Source of the DNA: Octopus sinensis
Taxonomy: Eukaryota
Direction: 5' to 3'
DNA: 64,000 nt
Assembly (NCBI RefSeq): GCF_006345805.1
Contig: NC_043006.1
Span: 3,906,001-3,970,000, forward strand
In this document: piece after piece, positions 13,481 to 26,470 of the stretch
How the letters are laid out: each line of letters begins with the position of its first letter
Position numbering within the stretch: position 1 is the stretch's first letter
The notes under the pieces: model-generated
Database searches by the model: none
What the model saw: the letters and a program-made list of their open reading frames with translations, nothing else
Told to the model about the DNA's origin: nothing
Translations under genes and position numbers: made by a program

Positions 13481-13609
13481 TTTTTTTTCAACCAATGCAG
13501 TAACTTAGGGCTTATAAAAACAAGGATTTGTATAACTCAGAACTTATGACATACACATATAGATGAATTAAATTAATCATATAACCTAGGCGTATTACAT
13601 ATATAAAAT

Positions 13610-13800
13610 ACACATCGTTGGTGTGTTTACGTCCCCGTATATTAGCGGTTCGGCAAAGAGTCGATAAATTAATAGAGTAAGTACTAAGCTTTCCAAAAAT
13701 AGGTTCTGAGGATGATTTCTTCGACTAAAACCTTTCAAGGCAGTGCTTCAGCATGGCCGCAGTGAAATGAGTGAAACAAGTAAAAGAATAAAAGAATATC
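13610..13800 (+). mobile_element. SINE-like repeat family B
   Basis: tgtttacgtccccgta..tagcggttcggcaaa..cagcatggccgcag..tgaaacaagtaaaaga; further copies at ~18.8, 19.4, 31.8, 41.2, 44.7 and 61.5 kb. Confidence 0.75.
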
Positions 13801-13801
13801 T

Positions 13802-13874
<73 letters not shown>

Positions 13875-13939
13875 ATATATATATATATATATATATTATA
13901 TAATATATACCATACTATATATATATATATATTATATAC

Positions 13940-14007
<68 letters not shown>

Positions 14008-14722
14008 GTGTGTGTGTGTGTGTGTATGTATGTGTGTTATCTCCAGCTGTAAACTAGGGGATAGTTTTTGAGTTTTTGAGTTTTCAAAAATGCTTTTCCC
14101 TTTTATACAAACTGTCAACTTTAGCCCAAATACACTATATATGCGCGCGTACGTGTGTGTGTGTGCGCGAACGTTTGTTTGTGTGTATACATACATATGT
14201 CTACATACATATATATAAACACACACACACCGGCACATATATGTATATATATATATATATGTGTGTTTGTATGTATTTATGTATGTATGTATGTATAATG
14301 TGTAAATATACAATTACGCATTGACATGTCCAATTCTGCGCATGATGTAACGGTCTAATTAACAATCATTATGGTTGTATTTACATTGATACGCAATGTA
14401 TAAAATGCTTAAAATTGATATATCGTTGACTGCCTCTTCAATTTCCGGTTCCGCTTACTATACAGTAAACGATACTCGGCCGGATGTGCTAGAAGTCCAG
14501 TCTGTTCTACAGACGGCCGACATTTCTCGGTCGATGTCAAAATATGTGAGGAAACACATTGGTATCACCTATTAAATATGATTCCTTTGGGAACAGATGT
14601 GTACTGAAGGTATGCCTAGAGAGTATTAAATGGTAAAAGAGTGGGGGGGGGAGCGAATGAAAATTGTCTTGCGTTTATATGTCAATTGAAAACAGGTTCA
14701 CAATTTTTAATTGGATCTTGTA

Positions 14723-14778
<56 letters not shown>

Positions 14779-14926
14779 TATATATATGTATGTATATATA
14801 TGTATATATATATACATACACATTATAAAAATGCACATACATATATACATATAAGTGTGTGTGTGAATATATATATACACACACATATATGTATGCATAT
14901 ATATATATAAATGTATATATTGCCGC

Positions 14927-14977
<51 letters not shown>

Positions 14978-15824
14978 TCAATTACACATCTGTCATTTAA
15001 TGTACATAACTAATCGTTGCTAAAATACAGACAGTTATAAGATATTCATGTGTTACGCCTATTCCATGAGATTATATATATTTGCTCGTTCTAAGAAAAA
15101 TCTTCCAGAAAATGGATATTCTAATATTTTAAATATATATTAAATACACATTGATATAATATTAATCTCATATAATAAATGCGAAAACTAATTTCTGTGT
15201 CCGTGTGTCACTCTTTGATCTCCCCCCCACTCTCTCACTATTCACTGACACTTCTACTATTGCACATGTTGGAGTGAGAATAATAGTAGGCATAGAGACG
15301 GTGAGGGCGGTGGCGAAGACAGAGGGAAAGAGAGAAAGAAAGACAAAAAACTTAGGGAGGGTTGATGTTTTATTTAAAATAGTAATGTTGATGGTGGCAG
15401 TGGGTGTAATAATAAGAGGGAGAGAAAGAGAGGGTATGTGAGAAAAAGAGGGACTGAACACTGAACCAACATACTGAACACTGATAGTAATGGGGTGATA
15501 GTAATAGTATGAATTGTAGTTCTGATAGAGGGGAGGTGGTGGTGGTGGCAGTGGTGGTGGGAGGTGAGGAGTGAGAGGGGGTAGCCGAGGCGGTCAGGGA
15601 AGATGGTGAGAGTTAGCGATGTGAAAGATAGTGGTCATGGTGTTGGACAGGGAAAGCAGGGAAGTCAATGGCAATGATGGTGGTGGCGTCAAAAGTCTGA
15701 ATGGTGTCAAAAGTCTGGCAGATGTGGTGGCGATGATGGTGGTACTGTTGTTTACCATGCAGATTTGCAATAAGTTCCAAGTCGACAGATTATATCATTG
15801 TTTTGATGAAAATTGCTATATCTA

Positions 15825-15863
<39 letters not shown>

Positions 15864-15949
15864 TGATGAGTGTGTTTGTGGGTCTGTATGTACGTTTACA
15901 TAATTTCATACAAATACTCATTCTTATGTATGTATGTATGTATGTATGT

Positions 15950-16440
15950 GAAAGCGCATGGTTCAGTGGTCAGAGCGTCGGGCTTACAATCGTGATGTTT
16001 GTGAGTTCGTTTCCTAGACCAGAACGTGTGTTGTGTTTTTTAGCAAAACACTTAATTTCCCGTTGCTCCAGTCCCCTCAGCTATGTAAGTGAGTTGTGAC
16101 GAGATTGGGGCCGAGCTGTTTCGGCCTTGGCCCTTTCCTCGTATAACATTGGTGGAATGAAAAGGAAAGACTATTGTTCATGGACGACTGCCGGTCTTCT
16201 ACAAGCAACCTGGTCTGCACATGCGCCTCGGAGGGAAACTCTTCGGGTGCAATTCCACGGTCATTCATGATCATAGGGGGGGGGGGCTTAGAATGTTCAT
16301 ACGTGTATGTATATACGTATGTATGTATGTATGTCTTGTGAATGGGAATAAATCTTTGCACATGCGTATGTGTGCATGTTTCGTTATTGTTTATGTTTGT
16401 GCATGGGATTGAGTGGATAGGATCAGACCAGGAACTTCGA
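15950..16440 (+). mobile_element. tRNA-derived SINE
   Basis: gcatggttcagtggtcagagcg (A box) .. gagttcgtttcc (B box-like) head plus non-tRNA body. Confidence 0.65.
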
Positions 16441-16507
16441 ACGGAGAATTCCCTGGAACGCATTACAAATTGAGTTGTTCTACTTATCGATGGTATTTGA
16501 GAAAAAT

Positions 16508-16745
16508 ACGGAGAGCTGGCAGAATCGGTAGCACACCGAGTGAAATGCATAGTGGTATTTCATCCGTCCTTACGATCTGAGTTCAAATTCCGCCGAGGGC
16601 CACTTTGCCTTTTATCCTTTTGGGGTCGATAAATTAAGTACCAGTTACGCACTGGGGTCGATGTAATCGACTTAATACCTATGTCTGTCCTTGTTTGTCC
16701 CCTCTGTGTTTAGCCCCTTGTGGGTAATAAAGAAATAGGTATTTG
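16508..16745 (+). mobile_element. tRNA-derived SINE family A, near full length
   Basis: gagctggcagaatcggtagc head, GAGTTCAAATTCC, tail ..aaagaaataggtattt. Confidence 0.85.
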
Positions 16746-17396
16746 AGAAAAATTTTGGACCAATTTGCTTTCTATTATGGATCTTTGTCTTTGCTTTGTT
16801 TTTACTTTTCGTCCCACCACCACCACCACCATTTGGCGAATCTTGTCACTTTTACTACAAATCTGTTGATACTCAGCCCGATGCCAAATGATGACAGATG
16901 CAACGGAAAATCTGGAAGAACGTTAAGTTTTTCATTTGTTTTTTTTTTTCTTTATGTTCTTTTCTCCAATTTTTGAAGAGATATTCACATCCAACGAATA
17001 ACTGGTATCTACCTTGGTTTCAGTTTCTGCTCCAGCGGGGAAGGTGCCTTGTGTTCTTGAGCAAAGCACTTCATCTCACATTGCTCTGCAGTCACTCCGA
17101 CACCTGGCGCCTGGTACACGGTGCTCCTGATCAGACGACGTGCATTTGATGGAGGAAGTGAACGAATGCACAGCACGGACTATTAACAAATTATTCAAGC
17201 AGGTTGTTCAGAAAGAAACTGCAGAACCGTCTGCCTCGGACTGCGATCAGCTACTATCCTCATCGCCATATAAGTATGTGTGTGTATTTCGAAAACTAAA
17301 TAAAATTCGATATTTGTCTCGAAAAAGCTTCTGTAATGTTAAATAATAGAGAAATATGTCGCAGACGAAAACTGCCCAGTAGCGGTGATGACAGTT

Positions 17397-17435
17397 CTAA
17401 ATACGTATTTCTGCCTCTTTCCACTTCGTCAGTAG
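17397..17435 (-). ncRNA. Minimal HHR-like motif, left arm of an inverted pair
   Basis: cta CTGACGA agtggaaagaggca GAAA TACGTA T T tag; ATACGTAT palindrome; weak helix II. Confidence 0.55.
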
Positions 17436-17738
17436 CAAAGTATCCACTAGCGAATGCATGCTAAGGGAAAATCAGTCTCTACCTAAATTGTAAAACAGTG
17501 ATTGCGAAATCACTAATGTCACAACTAGACAGTAGATTGAATGCAAAATTTGATACGAGAGACAGGAGCAGCATGAATTGAAAACAATAATCTGTGTCTC
17601 CAGCTTAAAGTAGGTATGTTGTTGAATGCCTGATAAACTGTGGTATGCGCTTAGAGAAAGCATCTCTAATAGATGTATAATGCTAGAAGAAATACAGGTA
17701 AAGTATGTCAGTGATGGCCATTTTTTCTTAGTTGATAT

Positions 17739-17783
17739 TTGCTACTGACGAAGCACAAGGTAGGAGAAATAGGTATTTAGCAA
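17739..17783 (+). ncRNA. Minimal HHR-like motif, right arm of an inverted pair
   Basis: ttgcta CTGACGA agcacaaggtagga GAAA TAGGTA T T tagcaa; perfect 6-bp helix I; helix II degenerate. Confidence 0.55.
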
Positions 17784-17828
17784 TGCTTCCGGTGTTGCTT
17801 GACATTTTAGCTCGCTACCAGTATATGT

Positions 17829-17862
<34 letters not shown>

Positions 17863-18769
17863 GTGTAATTACTGTTTTCAGCACTTTAAGATTGACCCAT
17901 TGGATTTTGTTTTTGGTAAAAACTGGACTCGCAAGGAAGAGGAAAAAAGAAACAGGTAATGCTGTTAGGCATTCAGCTGACCGCAACGTCAGGAAGAAAC
18001 AAGAGACATCACAAGAGAGACTGCCAAACCAAACATTGGATAAATCTAAGACAAAATCAAGTGATTAAAACAAACAACGTCCGGAGAACCTCAGTCCAGA
18101 GAAACAATGGACTGCAGCTGGAAAGAAACAAAGGAACGAAATGACGTCGCCAGTCGGAACACTGAACCACTGCCAAACCCAAATAAGTGACCAGAATATT
18201 GATAAGTAAATGATGTATTCAGGCAGTCAGTCAACCAGAGCACTTGGCCATAAGCAGACAAAAGCAAGATTTATTTTCGAATAAGTAGCCAATCACAACT
18301 TGAACCTACCTATTAAAACCTACGCATACAAGGCAATATCGGCTTGAAACATTATTAAAGTTCCTCCAGTAAAGCAAGTAATGAACAATTATCGTTTACA
18401 CAGCACCAAATAACTTACACAAAACATTATCTTCTTTAAAATCTTTATCATGTCTCATTTACTGACATGACTTATTGCTTTGAAATCTATTGAACTTTAA
18501 AATTTTTATTATGTATTATTGCTATGAAATTTATCGAACATTTTAAATTTCATCATTTCCTATTCCTGTGATATATATTGAATACTTGATTTTTTTATCA
18601 TGTAATTTTACTATGAAACCTAATGAACATTTAAATATTTTATCGTTATGGGACATTTTCCTGTAAAATTATTTTTCTTTCATGATTTTATCTCATTTTT
18701 TATTTCCCATTATAATAAAAGAAAACGTTGTTGAAACCGGTATGGTATTTATCATTTTTTTACTTTTTA

Positions 18770-19545
18770 CTTGTTTTAATCATTAGACTGCTGCCATGCT
18801 GGCGTAGTGCCTTGAAGAAATTTTAGTCGCATGAATCACACCAGTAATATTTTGTTTTAAGCATTATACTTATACTATCGGTGTCTTTTGCCGAAACATT
18901 AAGTTACGGTCTGTTGTCAAGCGGTGGTCAGGGACAAATGCAAACACAAAAACTCATACATGCACATGCACACACACACGCACACACGCACATACACAAC
19001 ACAAACACACCCGCACACATATACATACATACATACATACATACATACATACATACATACATACAACGGTCTTTCATTTTCCATCTACTAAAATCCGGTC
19101 ATAAGGCTTTAGTTATATAGTCCGAAATTATAGCAGAAAATACTTGTGCAAGGTACCTCGCTGTGAGACTGAACCTGGAACCATGTGGTTAGGAAGCTAA
19201 CCTCTTACCACACAACCAACAATTTGCTTTATACGTATTTTAAAAGCCAAAATTCGTTTTAAGAGCTAGGCACATTTTCAAACCTAAAGCCAATGTGTGT
19301 GTGTGTGTGTGTGTGTTAATTGTTGCTTATGTTATTTTTTATCTTTTACATGTTTCAGTCATTAGACTGCAGCCATGCTGGGGCACACCGCCTTGAAGAA
19401 TTTATAGTCGAATGTATCGACCCCAGTACTTTTTCTTTTAAGCCTGGTACTTATTCTATCGATCCGCTAAATTTCCGAACCACTAAGTTACGGGGACATA
19501 AACACACCAACACCGGTTATCAGGCAGTGGAGGAGGGAAAGGCAA
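18770..19545 (-). mobile_element. Cluster of three SINE fragments (families B and C)
   Basis: Reverse-complement matches to 13610-13800 and 31592-31755. Confidence 0.65.
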
Positions 19546-19581
19546 ATACAGACACGCATACATAGATACACACAAACGCAC

Positions 19582-19614
<33 letters not shown>

Positions 19615-19885
19615 GAGGTTTGTATGAGTAAGAGGTTAAACAACCATCTAAGGGATAATATATATCCAATATACTACTGGATATACACTTATGTATTAAT
19701 ATCCCAATGCTTTCTGCGCAATTAAATAATAGATATGAGTGGGGAGGTAAACAGAAATTTACCCCGGATTTATAAGACAAAGAAGAAAGTGGTGAAGAAT
19801 GAATTGACAAACATCAGCCTGCAAACATCGACTGGATCTATTTATTGATCATAATTATATGTATAGATAAATAAATAAGAATAAC

Positions 19886-20040
19886 TGAGTGAATACTGCT
19901 ATACCCTTACAGATTTTTCTACTTTGGGGGTCCGTTCAACCTGTGTACAATCTCTGTATAATATTGGGATGATCTGTCAACTTTGGCAGGATGGACCCCC
20001 GAAGGAGAAACAGTTGTAAGGGTATAGTATTATTCACTCA
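19886..20040. repeat. Short fold-back element with ~26-bp inverted ends
   Basis: tgagtgaatactgctatacccttaca / tgtaagggtatagtattattcactca; inner gggggtcc / ggaccccc. Confidence 0.75.
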
Positions 20041-20050
20041 TATATTCTAT

Positions 20051-20230
20051 TGTGTCTGGGGAGAGTCATTTTCTTTTTGTGCCTTATAATTTAACAGAGT
20101 CAAGACTATTGAAAAGGTTGCAAGACGCAACGAAAATTTAGCAAAATAGAAATAAGATATAAGTGGAAATTTTACTGGTGAGTGTGTTAAATTATAAGGC
20201 ACAAAAAGAAAATGACTCTCCCCAGACACA
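20051..20230. repeat. Fold-back element with perfect 46-bp inverted arms enclosing an HHR motif
   Basis: 20051-20096 is the exact reverse complement of 20185-20230. Confidence 0.9.
20106..20141 (+). ncRNA. Minimal HHR-like motif, U3:A8 variant
   Basis: cta TTGAAAA G GTTGC-aagac-GCAAC GAAA ATTT ag; perfect 5-bp helix II; helix I/III register ambiguous by 1 nt. Confidence 0.62.
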
Positions 20231-20410
20231 ACAGAATATGCTTCAACACACGAACTCTTATAAAGAATCTTGCAAACCAAATCCAAAAACGAAACACTCA
20301 TTTATTCTTATTTATTTATTTATACATATGATTGTAATTAGTGAATAGATCCAGTTGATGTTTGCAGGCTGATGTTTGTCAATTAATTATCTTCTCCATT
20401 TTCTTCCTTG

Positions 20411-20473
<63 letters not shown>

Positions 20474-20662
20474 TATTACATCGACTGCCGTGTTCACCTG
20501 ATTCCTTTATCAACCCCGAAATGATGAAAACTTACACCATCATTTTCTCATTCTATCTTTGCCGCCCACTCCCTATATGTTATCTTTCTGTAGCTCTATT
20601 TTCTTCCGTCTCTTTCTCTCTAGCTATCTCTCTGTCTCTCTGTCTCTCTATCTATCTATCTG

Positions 20663-20724
<62 letters not shown>

Positions 20725-20729
20725 CATCC

Positions 20730-20788
<59 letters not shown>

Positions 20789-20805
20789 ATATCTATCTAT
20801 CTATC

Positions 20806-20867
<62 letters not shown>

Positions 20868-21579
20868 TCTAGTTTCTCTATTCTCTACCATTCATAACGC
20901 GCGCTCAGTCAATGTCTACCACGTCTTTCTGTTAGATTCTCTCTCGAATGTTACACTGAACAAACGTGTCCGATATTTCTCTCTGATTAGGCTGTATCCA
21001 GACGAATGTCTTCCTATATTTTCTCTCTACGTTGGTATTTTCCTTATTTCTATTTGCCTTTAAGTCGAAAGACAACCTCTTCGTTTATTCTCTGTATCTT
21101 TTTGTTTTAGTTAGTCACACTAGTCATTCGCGCCTCTTACATTTCAGTCGTAAATATTTTTTACTGTCGCGCGTGTTTTCACTTGAATGCGAGACTTGAT
21201 CTCGCATTGCAAACGAATGATACCAACTTTCTCCCGGCATCGAAATCTTAATCATCCTCGATATAGTTGGCCGATGAAATGGGTTTATCCAGTTTTGTTT
21301 TTCATCATTTCTCTAAATGGCTGTGCACGTTATACACTATTATTCATACACACAGACACACAGACAGACAGGCTGACAGACAGATACACACACACACATA
21401 TATATATATACACACACATATAACTAAAGTACTCTAATTAAGTACTTATATAGTCAAATTATGGATGAAACCACCGTTATACATCGTTACATGTGTAACG
21501 GTAAATAACAATAATAACAACAACAACAACAATAGTAATACTACTACTACTACTTCTACTACTACTACTACTAATAATA

Positions 21580-21624
<45 letters not shown>

Positions 21625-21689
21625 ATGATGATGATGACGATGAGTGTTTCAAATTTTTGGCACAAGGTCAGCAATTTCCTGGAAGAGAG

Positions 21690-22429
21690 TAAGTCGATTA
21701 AATAGACTCCAGTGTTTAACTAGAACTCATTTTACCGACCCTGAAAGAATGAAAGGCAAATTTGACTCGGTGGAATTTGAACTCAGAAAATAAAAACAAA
21801 CGAAATGCTGTGCTAACCGTCTACCAGCTAGCCATTAATAACAACAATGGTAGTAGTAGTTGTTGTTGTTGTTGTAGTAGTAGTAGTAGTAGTAGTAGTC
21901 CTTTCTAATAAAGGCATGAAATCTGAAATTTTGGGGGTGGGGTGAGTCGCTCACATCGACCACAGCGCGAGAAAGAATGAAAGGCAAAGTCGACCTCGGC
22001 CGAATTTGAACTCAGAACGTAGCGGCAGACGAAATACCTATTTCTTTACTACCCACAAGGGGCTAAACATAGAGTGGACAAACGGATTAAGTCGATTACA
22101 TCGATCCCAGTGCGTAAGTGGTACTTAATTTATCGACCCCGAAAGGATGAAGCGCAAAGTCGACCTCGGTGGAATTTGAACTCAGAACGTAGCGGCAGAC
22201 GAAATACCTATTTCTTTACTACCCACAAGGAGCTAAACACAGAGAGGACAAGCACGGACAGACAAACGGATTAAGTCGATTACATCGACCCCAGTGCGTA
22301 ACTGGTACTTATTTAATCGACCCCGAAAGGATGAAAGGCAAAGTCGACCTCGGCGAAATTTGAACTCAGAACGTAGCGGCAGACGAAATACCGCTAAACA
22401 TTTCGCTCGGCGTGCTAACGATTCTGCCA

Positions 22430-22430
<1 letters not shown>
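21690..22430 (-). mobile_element. Head-to-tail multimer of SINE family A
   Basis: One A-box head at ~22430, then repeated B-box-to-tail units joined at gaaatag|gtatttcgtctgcc (~22207, ~22037). Confidence 0.85.
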
Positions 22431-22466
<36 letters not shown>

Positions 22467-22504
22467 GTTACAACAGCAATAACAACAACAACAATAATAA
22501 TGAT

Positions 22505-22545
<41 letters not shown>

Positions 22546-23164
22546 AACCGACAATCTACAAACTACTGAAGATTGTGAAAACCGGATGCGCACACGTCTG
22601 TGCATTTCTGTGTGCGTGCAAGCGTGGTAATTTTGTATGTGTGTGTGTGTGTGTGTTTTGACAACTCTCCAGCCATTTTGCAAAGGAGGATTACCATAAT
22701 GTAGAAACAGTGCAAAAAATTTCAACAAGAACAACAACAACAGCAACAGCAACAATGGCAGCAACACCATAAACGACAGAATCGGCAGAAATTCCTTGGG
22801 GTATGAAATTATGTTCGTTTCTGTCCAAGAGTCGAGTCTATTATCACGAGTGGTTAACAGAGTGGCGTACTCTGCACTTCACTGGTTACAGAGATGAACG
22901 CTCCACTGAACACTTCTTTTTCGATGACGTATAAAAGTTTGTGCCAGAGGCCATCAAGAGAAGCATAGCGGACAATGTGGGAGGGGGAGAGGAAAGAAAG
23001 TAGTGAGAGAAAGAGAGAGAGAGAGAGAGAGAGGTGGGAATAAGGAGACAGAGAGAAAGAAGAGGAACGGAGACAGAATGAGGCAGAGAAATGGAAGGAA
23101 ATGAGGAGTAGGAAGAGTGTTGACTGAGAAGTAGTAGTTTGTCGAGGTTTCAAATGTGGAGTTT

Positions 23165-25884
23165 ATTCTACGGTACGAATAATGGTGGTGGCAGCGGCTG
23201 TGGCGGTGGTGGTGATGGTAGTAGTAGTAGTAGTAGTAGTAGTAGAATATATAAGAATAGCAGTGGGGGGTCGATGAAGGGCTGCGGTGGAAATGGCCAT
23301 GGCAGCGATATTATTATCATTATTATTATTATTATTACGGCGGCGACGACGATGACGACGACGCTGATGATGATGATGATTTTAACAGTGGAATGGCTAC
23401 TGGTGGGGTTGCTATAGTGTAGGAGTGTTGGTCGTGGTTTTGGTGTTGCGGTGGTAATGTGGTGTGAGGTAGTAGATACAAAGTGGTAGCGGATGGGGGC
23501 GGTGGTGTTAGCAGTTGTGGTGAGGTGGTGATGGTGGCTGCGGCGGCGGTGGCGGCGGCAACAGCAGCGATGGTGACAGTTCTGGTGGTAGTGGTACTAA
23601 AGTTGGCGGTGGCAATGGTGGTGGTGGTGGTGGTGGTGGTGATGGTGGTGGTGGTGGTGGTGGTGGTGGTGGTGGTGGTAGTGGTGTGGTGGTGGTGGTG
23701 ATGGTGGTGGTGGTGGTGGTGGTGGTGGTGGTGATGGTGGTGGTGGTGGTGGTGATGATGGTGGTGGTGACGGTGGTGGTGGTGGTAGTGGTAGTGGTAG
23801 TAGTAGTGGTGGTGGTGGTGATGGTGGTGGTGGTGGTGTAGTGGTAGTAGTAGTGGTGGTGGTGGTGTGGTGGTGGTGGTGGTAGTGGTGGTGGTGGTGG
23901 CAATGGTGGGGTGGTGTAGTGGTGGTGGTGGTGGTGGTGGTGGTAGTGGTGATGGTAGTGGGTATTGGTGGTGGTGGTGGTGGTAGTGGTGATGGTAGTG
24001 TAGTGGTGGTGGTGGCAATGGTGGTGTGGTAGTGGTAGTAGTAGTGTTGGTGGTGGTGGTGGTGGTGGTGGTGGTGGTGGTGGTGGTGGTGGTGGTGGCA
24101 ATGGTGGTAGAGGTAGTGGTGGTGGTGGTGGTGTGGTGGCAATGGTGGTGGTGGATGGTGGTAGTGGTGGTGGTTGTAGTGGTAGTAGTAGTGGTGGTGT
24201 GTGGTGGTGGTGGTGGTGGTGGTGGTGGCAATGGTGGTAGTAGGTAGTGGTGGTGGTGGTGGTGGTGGTGGCAATGGTGGTGGGGTGATGGTGGTAGTGG
24301 TGGTGGCAATGGTGGTGGTGGCAATTGGTGGTGGTGGTAGTGGTAGTAGTATGGTGGTGGTGGTGGTGGTGGTGGTAGTAGGTAGTGGTGGTGGTGGTGG
24401 TGGTGGTGGTGGTGGTGGTGGTGGTGGTGTGGTGGTGTGGTGGTGGTGGTGGTGGTGATGGTAGTGGTAGTTGTGGTGGCAATGGTGGTGGTGGCATTGG
24501 TGGTGGTGGTAGTGGTAGTAGTAGTGGTGGTGGTGGTGGTGTGTGGTAGTAGTAGTGGTGGTGGTGGTGGTGGTGGTGGTGTGGTGTTGGTGGTGTGGGG
24601 TGGTGGTGATGGTAGTGGTAGTGGTGGTGGCAATGGTGGTGGTGGCATTGGTGGTGGTGGTAGTGGTAGTAGTATTGGTGGTGGTGGTGGTGGTGGTGGT
24701 AGTAGGTAGTGGTGGTGGTGGTGGTGTGGTGGTGGTGATGTGGTGGTGGTGGTGGTGGTGGTAGTGGTGGTGGTGGTGGCATGGTGGTGGTGGTGGTGAT
24801 GGTGTGGTGGTGGTGGTGGTGGTAGTGGTGGTGTGGTAGTGGTAGTAGTAGTGGTGTGGGGGTGGGGGTGGTGGTGGTGGGGGTGGTGGTGGTGGTGGCA
24901 TGGTGTTGTGGCAATGGTGGTGATGGTGGTGTGGTAGGGGTTGGTGGTGGTGGTGGTGGTGGTGGTGGTGGTGGTGGTGGTGGTGGGGTGTTAATGGTGG
25001 TGGTGGTGGTAGTGGTGGGGTGTCTGTGGTGGTGGTGATGCTGGTGCTGTTTGCATTGTTGCGATGTAACACCGCTTCAGTAAAGGTGGTATTGTAAAGG
25101 CATCAGTGTTCCGGTGGTAGTGTATTGGTGTTGCAGTGGTGATGACCGTGCAACAACAGTATTACAGTATGGGAATGGTGTTGGAGTGGTACAGTAGTGC
25201 CGATGTTGTAATGGTGGTACTGTCGTAGTTGTGTTATAATGGTGGTGGTGGTGGTGGTGGTGGTGGGTGATGGTAGTAACAGTGGTGGTGGCGGTGGTAG
25301 AAGTGGTAGCAGTGGAAGTGGTGGTGGTGCTGCTGCAGGTGGGTGATGGTAGTGGCGGTGGTAAGGCGGCGGTGGTAAAAATGACAGTGATGGAAATGGT
25401 GGTGGTGGTGGCGTAAGTGGTGAAAGTGGTGGCAATGGTGGGTGATGATAGTGACGGTGGTAAAAGTGGTAGCAGTAGAAGTCATGGTGGTGGTGGTGGT
25501 GGCTGATGGTAGTGGTGGTGGTGGTGGTGGTGGTAAAAGTGGTAGCGGTGAAAGTGGTGGTGGTAGTGTTAATAGTTTTAGTGATCGTAATAGTTGTGGC
25601 GGCGGAGGTAGCAGTGGTGATGGTGGGTGCTGGTGGATGCTGGAAACTGTGGTGATGGTAGTAGTGGTTGTGTGGTGGTGGCGGTAGTGATGGTGGCGGT
25701 CATCATCATCATTATCATCTTCAGTAGAAGCTGCAGCCACAGCGCTGCCACCACCATCTACCATCATTATCACTATTACCTCCGCCATCACAAATACAAA
25801 TACCAGCACCACCATAACTACCATCAGCAAATGTACCACCGCCACCAGTACCACCATCAACATCGTCATCATTATCATCACCGC

Positions 25885-25919
<35 letters not shown>

Positions 25920-25923
25920 CCGC

Positions 25924-25972
<49 letters not shown>

Positions 25973-26470
25973 ATCATCATCATCATCATCGTCATCATCA
26001 TCGTCATCATCATCAATATAATAGTGCTATTGAATGGTGGTGTGAAAATGATGCGGTGACGCAGGAGATTGAGGATAGAGGTGATGATGATGCTGATGAT
26101 GATGATGATGATGATGATGATAGCGACAACGAAGGCGGCGGAGGTGGTGGTGGTGGTGATGATGGTGGCTGCGGTGGTTTTGGAAGCGACAGCGACGGTC
26201 AGGGCGGTGGAGAGTGTGACGGCGGCGACGGCGACCATGACGACGAAGAAACAATGAAAAGTGATGGCGACGGCAAGGATGTGATTTGCATAGATTTCGG
26301 TTGTTGTAATTGGGAGGCGGGAGCGGAGACGGGTGGTTGCGGTGAGGCTGATGGTGAGGTTGTTGATGGCGTTGATGGTGGTGTTGACAGTCGGTGGTGC
26401 AGGCGCTGGTGGAGTTGGCTGTGGTATGGAGACGGGTCGGGGCCGAGCGGTAGATGGCGATGGTGGTGAT
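23165..26470. repeat. 3.3-kb mosaic trinucleotide repeat, (GGT/AGT/GAT)n, with an inverted (CAT/CAC)n block at ~25700-26015
   Basis: Directly visible; source of the poly-Pro/His/Thr/Val ORFs. Confidence 0.95.

Noticed and set aside
18730-18750. HHR from GAAA-CCGG-TA
   Set aside because: No recognisable N-UGA-N-N-A core upstream
22562-22590. HHR-like CTGAAGA-ttgt-GAAA-ACCGGA
   Set aside because: No helix II or helix I pairing
22900-22980. Laminin-G/TSPN-like exon (LDGLWHKL) on the minus strand
   Set aside because: No AG acceptor between the pyrimidine tract and the motif; stop shortly after
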